Source of the DNA: Sphagnum compactum
Lineage: Eukaryota
Direction: 5' to 3'
Assembly: GCA_965153455.1 (NCBI GenBank)
Contig: OZ234493.1
Location: 28,262,213-28,326,212 of the forward strand
DNA length: 64,000 nucleotides
Part shown: in pieces, positions 23,780 through 36,687 of the stretch
Numbering within the stretch: position 1 is the first letter of the stretch
Layout of the letters: the number at the start of each line of letters is the position of its first letter
Position numbers and translations under genes: made by a program
Notes under the pieces: model-generated
Told to the model about the DNA's origin: nothing
The model's database searches: none
The model's input: only the letters and a program-made list of their open reading frames with translations

Positions 23780-26490
23780 TTTTTGCTTGGTATGTAGATA
23801 TCTTTGTCATTCAACATATATTTTTTTATAGGAAGTCATTTAGATCCTATGAAGAATGAGATAAACGACAAATACTTCATTTAGGTGATCATTCTACACA
23901 AGACATACATGGTCAAAGGAGAAGTCACTATCAAACTAAATGATGGTTACATTAAAAAAATCCTTACATGTCGTTTATTCCCAGATTGTGTGTGTGTGTG
24001 TGTAACCAAATAATTTGTTGCAATAGGAGGTCAAATTAACATAAGAGCAACAAGTTATATATTAACAAATGCTAAAGGAGTATTAATAGCATAATGCACA
24101 GTGGACAATGATTTGTATTAACTTGGCAATGCACTTAATAAACATGTCACACCTTTTACCATGTTAGTCATAAACTAACCTCACAAATGCCAAACTATGG
24201 TATCATAGGCTAGGTCACATAAAGGATAAAATAATGCAATGTAATTACAAAAAATGTCCACAAGTTTGGGGACATTTCATGTCAAAAACATCCACATATG
24301 CAAAACATACATAATGGGAAACAACACAACAAAACTTTCCCAAGGATGGAGGAAGCAAAACATATACATTGTTTGGCATAATTCACTTTGATATTTGTGG
24401 TCCTTTCAATGCATTCATTCATTATGGATGTAGATATTTCATAACATTCATTGATGACGTATCTCAATATATTATAATATACTTATTCAAATCCAAATTT
24501 GAAACCTTTGAAAAGTTCAAACATTACAAGGCAAGGTAGAAAACCAAACAAGTCAAAAGATTTGGATTTTGAGGTTGGATAATGAAGGGGAATAAAAATA
24601 TCATGAATTCACTCAATTTTGTGAAGACAGTGGAATCATGAGATAATCTTGATACTCTGTAACAAAATGGCGTTTTCAAACAAAAGAATCAAATGCTAGT
24701 GAAAATGACCATGGCCATGTTTATTCATTTGAAGATTTCAAACACATTATGGGGTGAAGTTTTGAAAACAACCAATTACTTGCAAAATAGGAGTCCTACA
24801 AAATATATTATTAATCGGAAGATTCTTATTGAAGTTTAGATTGGGAATAGGTTTGATCTTTGGCATTTGAAAATGTTTGGAAGTAAAGCACTTGTGTTGA
24901 TTAAAAAAGATCATCAAAGCAAATTGGATCATAACACTATTGAATGTACATTCCTTGGGTACGACAAAGAAGACAAGGCATATAAGTTCATGCGGAATGA
25001 TGATAGAGGAATAATATTTTGAAATGTCATCTTTGAAAAATTGAGTCATATAGAAATTGAAGATGTCAACAAGGTACGCACTTCAATGGACATTCAAGAT
25101 TTTGTTTTAAATCCTTTTTCTTTTTGTTATTATGTTATATATAATGGACAAAATCCACAAGGAGTAAAAAACATTCAAAATGTGGTGTCCATTGAAAATG
25201 TTGTTGGACAAGGATACTCAAATGTTCCACCAAAATTCGAGCAAATCCAACATCCTTAATTAATCTAAGCAAAATTCAAACAAAATTTGAATATATCTAA
25301 CATTTTCAAATGACACAAGAGGTTGAATAAGAGGGGTGGAATTTGAATGAATAAGGAAGAATTTCTAATTCAAATTCAAGCATTTAGAGATGGGGATGTG
25401 CAAAGCATAATTGAAACATTTCATCAAAGTCCTCCACATGATGCAATTTTATTAAGGCCAATATGACGCAAGAAAAATCAACGTGAAACAATGGAAAGTA
25501 GAGGTATTACAAGAAAAGGAAAATCCCACAAATACCTAACGATTCAATCAACTTTGGAACCTCATTTCACAATGACAGAAACATTGTTTGGTCTTGATAA
25601 AAAGTTTTGGAATGAAGCAATTAAATCAAAATTTTCTTCCATAAAAAATAATAAAACTTGGAGTATTGCAAGTTTTCCAAAAGGGCACAAAACAATCAAA
25701 TCCAAATGGTTATTCAAAATTAAATTGTATGCTGGAGGTAACATTGAAAAGTATAATGTCCACCTTGTTGCAAAAAAAAAATTCTCAAGATGATAGGGTT
25801 GATTACACGGGTCCACACATTTTCACTTGTTATGAAAAATGATTCCATAAGAGTCCTACTAACTTTGGTAGTTCAATGTGATTGAGAGATTTGTCAATTC
25901 AATGTTAAAACAACATTCGTAAATGACATTTTAGAATAAATGTATTTGGAATTTCCAAAAGGAGTATAATAACATAAGGGTTCAAATTTGGTGTTGAACT
26001 TTCATAACTTTTTTTATGGTACTAATGGTTCAATGATTATTTGTTGAACATTAGATTTGAAAGATATACAACCAATTTTAATGTTTTTGTCAAGGTAATC
26101 AACAAGGTTTTGTCATTTTTATTATGTGTGTGGATGACACAATTGTTGTGAATAATGATATGCCATTAATTATAGACATAGAAAACATAATAACAAAAGC
26201 CCTTGAAATGATTTTGTTGGGAGACATCCATTTTTTTTTTGGAAATTAGATTTTAAGAAATTGTGTTAAAGGTTGCATATTTATTTTTCACTCAAAATAC
26301 CTTCAAAGGATATTGAAGCCTTATGAAATGAAAATAATAATCACATTTTCACACCTTGGGAGGTTGGAATCAAATTGATTAAAAATGATTACCCAACAGT
26401 TGAGGAAAAACATCATTTGATGACATCATTTCCATATCCACAAGCTATTGGTAGTTTAATTATTGTCCATACAAGACTTGATTGATTTTA
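23780..26490 (+). mobile_element. Ty1/Copia LTR retrotransposon pol relic (protease-integrase-reverse transcriptase)
   Basis: AWYVD (protease), LHLGDHSTQDIHGQGEVTIKL, IIHFDICGPF..GCRYFITFIDDVS..ILRLDNEGE (integrase), ECTFLGYD, WNEAIKSKFSSIKNNKTW..PKGHKTIKSKWLFKIK and CVDD (RT). Integrase precedes RT, the Copia order. Heavily disrupted; LTRs not identified. Confidence 0.9.
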
Positions 26491-29400
26491 TTTAGCTGGC
26501 CTACAATCACTTAAAACTATAAAAAATTCAATTTTTTATTTTTCACAAATGAAGGTCTATTTTAAAGTTCATGAGTCTTTTATGATATGCAAATGTGATG
26601 CAATGTATATGATCTTTGAAACAAAATTATAATACAAGAAATTAAAACTTAAAATGTTAAAATGTTTGGGTGTGATTTGGATTTGTGATTATGTTTTAAA
26701 TGAAACGCAAAGTTTATGCATTTTTTAAAATTGATATTTATTCAAAATGATTAACAAAAATCATGTGACATATTGGGGCAATTGTAAATATGATAAATAA
26801 CAAGTTACAAAAGATTTCATTTGAAAATTCTTTTTGATGGAAATTCTTTTTTGGCCAAAAGGACTTCAAAAGGACAATAATTTTAAATCTTAAGTAAACA
26901 CATTGGCTCCTTAAATCTCATTTGGACCTAATGATATTTCACTATAGATAACTTAGAAAAATAAATTAGACCATTAAATTTAATAATCACATTTGTTTAG
27001 AAGAAAATCATTTACACACAACGCTATTATATGGAAAATTGAAAGCAATGGTTCCTTTCTGCCCTTTCCATTGGTCCTCTAAAATTCTCACAAACCTACC
27101 AAATTTTATTATACATTCAACTATTTGTTCACTCAATATAACCCAAAAAAAGTTTCAAACCATCAAACCTAGTAATTTGATTAGCCATAACATTATTTTT
27201 TGCACTTAAACAAATGTACATTTACACCTATAATACGTATTTGTAATTCAAGTTGAATAAGATGTCATATGGTGTCAAATCACTTACGAATCAAATTACT
27301 AGTCACAAAAACAAGTAAATTTTCATCTATCCTTGGATGCTACTAGTTGTTGAATGATATGAGTACATTTTTCATCTTCATTTTTATTCAAACTAACCAT
27401 AGTTGTAAGTCATAATTGCATATGCAACTTAAAGTTATTTTGTAATAACATATGCAAGTTCAAATTGTTTTTACATGATGTCACAAAAAATAGTTGGATC
27501 AACATTTGCAAAAATGGTTGATTTGCACATAAGTTGCAAACACATAGGTTGGTATGGACATGATTCCTTATAGTGAAAATGAGCACATAGATATATAATA
27601 TTATTTTATTAGAGAATAAGTTTTAAACAACTAGATTAAACCTTGATTTATAAAACATGATAATAAACACATTCATTAAAAGTTTGAATAGAAACAAACA
27701 AGAACATTGCATTAAATTGCTTGAACTTGGAGGAGTTCCACAATACAAATAATCAATCAACAATAGTTGAAGGAAGTATATACACAACCTTGCGAACATA
27801 GATAGTGAAGATGAACATGACGTTCCAAACCATGTTATAAGAAACAACGAACATTATGAGAAATTGTGACCATGGAAACCACACTTCCCTGCAACTAGAG
27901 CTCAAAATCCACTCAAGTACAATTTTGTTACAACTATGTCCTCCAAAGTGCAACTCCTATGCAATTACAATTTATAAATATGATGATTTCCACATTAGAA
28001 AATAAGCTAATTTTTCAAAAATTGCACCATAGTTCTAAGTGTGTTTCGTATGTGGTAATTTATAAGCTTCATATTTATGCATGTAGTCAATTATGTTTGA
28101 CTTTTTGAAGAGTTGCATTGTAATTGTAAGGTGCAATTAAGTTAGGACTATTAAAAAACAAAGTACACATTGAACAACTTTTTTGTAGCTAACATATAAC
28201 TTTCATACATGCAATTATGCCATGTTTGCATTCCCACCATCCATGAAGTACATGTTTTGTAACTGATTTTAATTATGAAGTTTGTTTGTGCAATTGGTTG
28301 GCCACTATTACAGTATTAATTGCCCACTACTATCAATGCCATTACTATGCCACAACTATGCCACTACATGGCCACTTAGATGCCATTAGTTGTTACATAT
28401 ACATGTGACACTATGGGGCCATAATATTAACATTGATTTATAACTGGATGGCCATTATAGTGTCACTATTTGCCCATTAATAAAGTACTACCAATTCACT
28501 ATTCATATAAAATTTGAATTTTGTAAACCTCAAATTATATCCCAACGCTACATAAACTATATTTAAAATATTTATATTGGAGGTACATCAAGATATTCAA
28601 GTTTACATGAACTACATGAACAAATGCAAAATTGATAGTACTAATTCTTTTGCAGATAGCTCTTTGGCACGCACAAAGGTTGTGACATATTTAATATTTA
28701 ATATTTAAAATAATTTTCTAAATATTAAATATTAATTTATGGTTTAATTTATTTAATTACCTCTGAATTAAATAATAGGTTAAATAGTTTTCCCTTAATC
28801 TAAATTAATCAATTTAATTCAAAAAAATTATGAAAAAAATTAATAAAAATAACTAAATTTTCATAATTAATTAAATAATTATTTTTTAACTATTGTAGTA
28901 AACAATGTAGTTTTTTTTTGTGATTGGTGTTTAATTACTATATTAAGAATATTCCATTACATTGTAATTCACAATTTCATGTTGGCCTACATACATATCA
29001 AACTATAATATTGCATGGACCTTGTGAAAGTTTATTTTTGAATTAAAATTAAAAGCAATGTTTTTATTTTATTAAACATTCAATAAGGGTGTACATATGG
29101 ATATGTCATTATATACTTCAATGTCTACTATTCAAATTCATGTTTATTATTTAATATCCTATAATGAATTATTTGTTAATAATTTATTAATTAGTAATTA
29201 ATATATAATATATTAGTTAAACTAAATAATAAAATATCATATGAATTCATTAACCAAAGTGAAATAATTATTTTGTTGGTTATTCAGATAATAAATAAAT
29301 ATCTAAAACTATTTAATTAATTATTTAATTTACTAACTAACTATTTGAATTTTAATTAATTCAAATAATAAAATTTAAAAATTCAAATGAATAATTATTT

Positions 29401-29629
29401 TTAAAAAATTGGAATTCAGATCATCAATTATTGGTAGTTAATTATCTGAAATAAATAAATAAATAAATATTTTGAAATATAGTAATTAATTCAAATATTC
29501 AATTAGGATAATTAATTATCAGATATTTAATTCAGATAATTAAATTTCAAATAATTATGTTAAAGGATTAATTATTAAATTCAGATTATTTATAAAACTA
29601 AAATTATGTGAAATTTTGTTTTTGGTAAT

Positions 29630-30471
29630 TACAATTCAATTGCATCTATTAGGTGCAACTAGAAGATTTACCCCATATGTTTTGTTTTCAAGATCTCATC
29701 TCACAAACTATATAAAAGAAAAGTCTTCTCTTACATTTTCACATTAAAATACAAGTGCCATGTTGGGATGAGCTCATAAAAGCTACAGGTAAAACATAAT
29801 TTTTTTTCATGGTTATTATTTAATTCACTTAGTTTTGTGCATTCTTACTTATTTACCTACTTAGGTAAGTAAATGGGTCTTACTTTTCAACCTACTTATG
29901 TAGGTAGGTAAATAGGTCTTAAGTAAGTACATAGGTATGTAGGTCATAAGACCTATCAACTAGCCTACCTATGGTTATGTACAACCTATTTAGTTATAAA
30001 AATAGACATTTATTTTATTTATTTATTTCAAAATACAATTAATATGCCATGTGATAATTTTTGATTTTTGCCATGTGTCACAATTTCAAACCATGATTAA
30101 TAATCATAATGGATGATGGACATCAATTTTTCAAAAAGAAAGTAATTTTTATTTCCCAATTTTTTTCATAATGTTACGTGTTCGATTTTAATGGATGGAT
30201 AATAATTAATAACGTCAACATATATACGTGGTTGTAGTTATAATAGAGTTGCATAGTAGTTGAAAATGAATTGTTTTTATAGAATTGTAATTGAATTGCA
30301 ATGAATTGCATGATATATACGGTGAGTTACAATTATGCAACTTGTCCGTTAGCACTCACGATGTACAAATATAGTGGTTTGCAAATGTTCGGTGCAATTC
30401 AAAATTTGAGTTTATATTTATGATAAATTGAGTTGCAAAGTTAATTGTAAAATATCCCTTTTTTCATAGTG
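29630..30471. mobile_element. Right part of a second copy of the CACTA family at 13784-15722
   Basis: Collinear with 14880-15722 (cccatatg..acaaactatataaaa..cacattaaaatacaagtg..tatgtaggtagg..) and ends in TTTTCATAGTG. It probably starts near 27990, but no TSD pair was confirmed. Confidence 0.72.
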
Positions 30472-31285
30472 GAAAAAAACCTTAATTTGTTCTAGAATTA
30501 AGTAATGTAAAAACCTTAATTCTTCATAGATTATAGATATGCAAACCTATAGGAAGATTGCATATTTGAGATTATGATAGGTGTGATTATTTGTAAGTAC
30601 AAAAAAACCTCTTCATAATTGTTTCTTTTGCATGTATAAAGACCTTGAAGTTTCATTTAAAAAATATTATTACAACTTGCAACACACATTATTTTACATT
30701 AAGTTTATCACATGCTTTTGTATAAGTCTTAATGATTAATTTAATAAATCAAATATTTAGATTTCACATCTATTGGGTTGACTTTTTTATTAGTTTTTTT
30801 CTAGTTGTTGCATTCCCCATATAATAACTATCAAATTGAAAAAGGCAAAAGGAATTTCAATACATAAATACTAATTTCTTCATATTTATCACAATTCTTG
30901 AACTAATGGAAAAAGGTGTTTAAGATTTTTAGTTTTTCAAGCTTCTTCAAATTTTGTCATTTAAAATGTGTATATATCAAAAATTTTGACATTTCAAGAA
31001 AAGTTTCAAAAAATTTAATCTAAAAAAAGGCTAATATAAGGCCCAACTTGATTGTAGCCCATGATACATAACAAGTTGCAAAAGATTTCATTAAAAATTT
31101 CCATTCTTGAAATTTGGGTCATATGAAAATTTGATGTTGGACAAACAGACCTTTTAATCTTTTTTTAAGTAACGCATTTGGCTCATATAAATTCGTTTTG
31201 ACCTAAATGAAAGTTAGTTAATTTGATTAATCCATCAATTTTGTGTCAATTGATATATTTGTTCTTAGGTTTAATGTTGTTTACA

Positions 31286-33021
31286 CACTAGAAGTAATCT
31301 TGTATTATGCAACCATTCAATTTGTAACTATATGTAACTAAATGTCATTTATAACTATGTTTTGACATTTTACAACTAATCACCATCTATTTCAATTTTT
31401 TTTGGGGTGACTATGGTGTAACTAATTTGTGGCTATTAGGTTTTGCATTCTTTTATAATGATTAAATTTGTAGGCTTTTCATCCAAAAAGGGGCCTTTAC
31501 GTCTAATTAGTTACAAAGATAGTCACAACTTGGTTATTTCTATGTGATGTACATATATCTTTGATATATATTAAGGTGTTTTAGAATATATTAGAGGTAT
31601 ATTTATATATTTAAAAATTATATTATATTATATTTAGGGTATATTCAATATATATTTTGCACATATTGTGGTTATGTAGGCTAGGTAAGTTGATAAGTAA
31701 ACATTTAAATAATGAAGTTAGTAGAATTACCTACTATATTTAATATAAATAATAGTTATTACTAGTTACAAGTTAATTAATTAATTCATAGTAATAATTA
31801 TGGCAGTAGTAAAATAATAATAATAAAACTTATTATTGATATATAATTATGTTTTAGGAATAATTTATAATTTATAGTTAACTTAAATTACGTACTAAAT
31901 TTATTAATTACTAAATATATGATTATCCGATAATTTAAAATTTTAAAAATATATAATACTTATTAATACATAATAATAATAATAATGAACTAATTGTTAA
32001 TTTATTGTAATTCTGAAACATTTTAAATTTTTACTAGTAATAAGTAATTATTACACTAATTTTTTTAAATTATGATTTAATAATTACATAGTTTATGTAA
32101 TATTTTAAATAATTTATACTACTGCTAGTTACTATCTAATTGGTAGGTGTATAAGGAGTCAATAGGTTGGTGACTGGGTAAACAATTATTTAATGTTTAG
32201 TTAATCAATTAGTTTAATTAATTAGTTAGTTAGTAAATTACCTATTAAATACATAGTTTATAAATTTGAAAAAGGAAACAAAGGATATGGGATAAGCTTT
32301 TTAATTGGAACTTAGGTTCAACTTAGTCACAAACTAGGTTGTAAGTAAAAAATTTATCCCATATGTTTTGTCTCCATTTCCATCTTGTAAAAATATATAA
32401 GGAAGGTGTTTTGCTTTACATTTATATATTAAAAACATGTGTAATTTGGACTGAGCCAATGAAAAAGGTTTAACCCTAAAGGCTAAACCTAAAATAAAAT
32501 AAAAATATTTACATATCTACTTCCTAGTTTACTTACCCACCTATCTACCTACCTTCTTTCCTACCTACTTACCTTCCTACCTATTTACATGCCTACATAC
32601 ATACCGACCTAAATATTGATTTAAATGTATTTTGGCCAAAATTTAATTAACATGACATGTGGAAATTTTTTATTTTGTCACATGGCATGATCTAACACCA
32701 TCCAAAATAGATGATGAATATTCAATATGTAAGTTATAAAAATAATTTAAAATAATTATTATGTTGTCACATGGCACTTTATAATGGGTTATAACACAGT
32801 TACAAATAATGGTGAGTAGTTGCAAACTTTATACAAATGGTCAATAGATGAAGGTGTATATATGTTGATTATATATATCATCTATGCTAAGTCATCATTT
32901 GGGACAAAATGTTGTATGTGACTTCATTTATGCAACTAATGGAATTTTAGTTGTACATGTTGGTTGTAATTTATTTTATAGTTGCAAATTATAACTGCAA
33001 ATTGAGACTTTTTTTCTAGTG
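31286..33021. mobile_element. Non-autonomous CACTA element
   Basis: TIRs CACTAGAA ... TTCTAGTG with 3-bp TSD ACA on both sides. Confidence 0.85.
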
Positions 33022-34497
33022 ACATAATTTCAGTAGTTGGAATTCCATGTTACATTGTAAAGTTAAAACGATGTCATTATGGGATGGTACCTTGTTTATA
33101 AATATTAGTTTTGGTTTCTGTTTTATGTTGTCATTTTGTATTGGAAAGAAGGAAATTTTGTCCTATGTAAACATGTGTATTGATATCTTGTGATTCAGAA
33201 GTTGATCTTTTCATCCACCAACTAACTTTGAGTTGAAATGAGGTTGCACCAAAATAGATATCAATTTAAGTATTAAGGTGTGATGAGTATTTTTTATGGT
33301 GAAACTTTAAGTTTCATTTTGTACTTGATTGATGTATTTTGTAATTGGCAAAGGTTTTAATGTCAAAAAGTTTTGAATGCATTTGTAATTTTTCCTTTTC
33401 CTTTTACATCATTCATAAGATCATGGGTGTCAAATAATGAAATATACATTGAATATGGATGAAAATAATTGATGAATATAATTGACTATATTGGTTAATG
33501 AAAGATAAAATTATATCAAACAATAAACTTATGTTTACCTCCTAGCTCATGCACCATGAACTACCGACCCTTGGAATTAGCACATAGTTTTTTGAAATTA
33601 TTCAAAGAGTTCACGAAAGAAATAATTACATGCTGAAAATTTAGCTAATTAATAAATCTTGATATTATGATATTGTTTCAATTATAGGTTTTTTTTCTTG
33701 TAGATATTTGTTTTAGTTATATAGAATCTGTACTAGAAATCCATACATAATCCAAAATGTTTCAACATTCACATTCCTAATAGGCCAAGTATCTGCACAA
33801 TTATGAATCTATCATAATTCTGTCATAATTTAATTTTCATATTGATATTAAAAAAACAATTAGATCATGGAAAAAGCTAGAGAAAACAAAAGATCAAAAA
33901 TCATAGTTTAACAACTTTTTGTACATCCTCAAAATTGTTCTATTTCCATAACTACTATTATGCTCTCTATCTTCTTTGTACTCCTAATATTGAATATAAA
34001 AGAAATTTAGTGAGGAAAAAAGCTTCTAAAAAATATCCAAAACCTCCTTAATCCTCAACTTTCTTGCCCAAAGTCATCATTTGAACTCCTCCTCAACAAT
34101 CTTAATTTCACCTACCTTGTACTTATTAAACTTGTTCTGTCTTGCCTGTTTTAGAATAAACATCACAATGCCTACTCCCTATGCTTATCTAGTTTGATTA
34201 ATATAGTACAATTTTAACACTAATAAACCTCACAATCAATAAATCACCTCCAATGAATGTCATGGAATTCAACGATTCATGTCACCACCATGTCATTTTG
34301 ATTTAACTTGTTAACTTTCATGCTCAACATAACCAATTGCAATATATAGGTAGAAAAAAAAAGAAGATGAAATAATAACGACTAAAAGATACAATATATG
34401 GAAAAGATAACTAACACAATTTGTATAACATACCTATTAACAAAGACGTCAAATGCTTGCACCATTATCAAGTCACAACATTTTTCCTTACAACCCA

Positions 34498-34805
34498 TCT
34501 ATATATGGAGCAAGGTGGTTTGTTTTATTTGTCACTTTTAGATCTTTGAAAACATGGTGTTTCATGCTACGTTTTTGGTATCTTTGGAAAGCTTTCCATG
34601 AATAGGGGTGCATAAACTTAGTTTGAGCCTGTTTGGAGCAACAATGTGGAAGATATTGATTATTGAATTATTATTTCAATGAAAATAAAAAAATCAAAAC
34701 AAAAAATTATATTGGAATTTGGGGGCATTCTTGGTGTCGTTGAAAACCCTTAGTGAGTCAGATTTAATAAAGTTTATTTCATAATATTTAGAGTTAAGGT
34801 GTGGA

Positions 34806-34839
<34 letters not shown>

Positions 34840-35002
34840 TTGAGTGGAAATTCAAAAAGATTGCAAAAACTGGGTTTGGAAGGAAAAATTAGTCGAGCCC
34901 TCCATGTGTTCACATTGCTTAATTTAGAAATTTTCAATTTAAAAAAAGTGAAAAATTAAAAAAATGTGTTCACACTTGGGCCAACAACATAAGCTACATT
35001 AG
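34498..35002 (+). mobile_element. Non-autonomous Helitron-like element containing an (AC)n microsatellite
   Basis: Starts A|TCTATATA and ends ..gctacaTTAG|T (possibly decayed CTAG), inserted between A and T with no TSD; weak subterminal hairpin remnant. Confidence 0.45.
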
Positions 35003-35955
35003 TTAACCGTAAAATGATACCGGCACCTTAATGTAGTTACCACCTAGCCTAATGTAGCTATTACCCACCCCTAGAAGGATCACTTAACCCTAGGTTAAGG
35101 CCATTACAAAATATTGAAACCACATATGAAAAACAAGACTTCAGGTATGTTCATGTGCAAAAAAAATTGTGCCTGATATGAATCCCTTTTGATAAAAGCT
35201 TATTATGTGCATGTGTTTGGGGCCCTAGGTTGACCCCCCTTTTTCATCCCAAGTTTTGAGTGTATCTGTAAAAGCGAAGCGAATTTGGGCACCGTTTCAT
35301 GAAACTGGGTATCAGTTCAGTTCAGAAGATTTGCAAGATCTTAATGCTGACAAGAACTTTTGATTTAATGAAAGAATTTTCAGGAGGACTCAAGGCATCA
35401 ATCATTATAGGTAAGGCAAAATCCAAAACTGGGGCTGGAACCCACCCCCACCCCCACCTTTACCTTAACCAAATTTTCCCAGGTGAGAAAACTAGTATTG
35501 GTCCCCTTTTGCCCCCACTGTGTACTGTTTTCTCTCCTGACTTCTGATTTCGTCCCTAGTTTCGGGGAGAAACTGGGGCCCAGTATTCCAAGTTTGGTGT
35601 ACTTTTTACAAAGAACTCAATTTATCAATACTTAAGTCTGTTTTTTATTTTGGTCCCCAGATGAGAGTTGACCCCCCCCCTATTCTTGGAAAACAACCCC
35701 CCTATTTTTGGGGCTTTGCTATTGGGCCTACAAAATCCCAACACCCATGACCTATACAATCTTTCAGTTGCTAGTCGCCTACATGGATGTGACATCATCC
35801 ACAATGCAAGGTTCTTCATCCAAAATTCCCAATAGGTTATTTGCTATTACATCCAAGAAGGTGCTATTCTTTGGTTAGTAATCAGACCTTTCCTTTTCTC
35901 AAAGAACTGGGATGAGAATCATCCTTGAAGGCGACCCAGAAGCTTGGATAATCTC

Positions 35956-35956
<1 letters not shown>

Positions 35957-35997
<41 letters not shown>
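35957..35997. repeat. 41-nt poly(A) tract upstream of HUB1
   Basis: Direct count in the sequence. Confidence 0.95.
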
Positions 35998-36000
<3 letters not shown>

Positions 36001-36608
36001 CAACTGGGTTTGCAGCAGCGAGAACAAAGGGGGAAAAAGAAAAAGAAAAAGTGGGTGTAGCTGGTCGTCCCTTCCGTCGGTTGTCTCGTCGCGTCGGCGG
36101 ATTCTGCCTTCGATGTCGAGACTTTAGTTTCCTTTTGTGCGTTGTTGTTGCGATGGTTTTTGGCGTTTTTCTGGAGGGGAGAAGAAGGTGGTAGAAGAGG
36201 AGGAAGGGGGGGTTTGGTCGATTGTTGAAGTGGGAAGGAAGGTGACAATGGAGGAGGATGCAGAGAGAATAGAGAGAAGAGGGCCGCATAAAGAGCGTGA
36301 ATAGGTATATGCGTTGTGGGAAGAAGTTTGTGGGAGCGTGTTTTCGCTTAGGGTTTGTTTAGAGCCAGTGAGCCGGCGGAGTGGTAGGTAATGGAGAGAG
36401 AAAAGGCGGAAGAGGAGGTAACGGGCATGTCTCTTGGTGGCAGTGCAACGGAAGAAGAAATAATTTCCGCTTGTAGATTGAGTTTTTTCGCGTTGTCTAT
36501 TCGTCGCCTCTTCTCCCTGGAGGTGTCAAGGGATACAGGGTTTGTAGTAGCATTTTCTATAGTCCGATAGCAGGCAATAAACGAGTTGTCGTAGTTTCGG
36601 AAGGAAAA

Positions 36609-36611
<3 letters not shown>

Positions 36612-36656
<45 letters not shown>
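36612..36656. repeat. (GA)n microsatellite ~30 nt upstream of the HUB1 ATG
   Basis: About 22 GA units; GA tracts are common in plant 5' leaders. Confidence 0.95.
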
Positions 36657-36658
<2 letters not shown>

Positions 36659-36687
36659 CCTTGGCTCTGAGGTCAGGGTTGGGAAAG

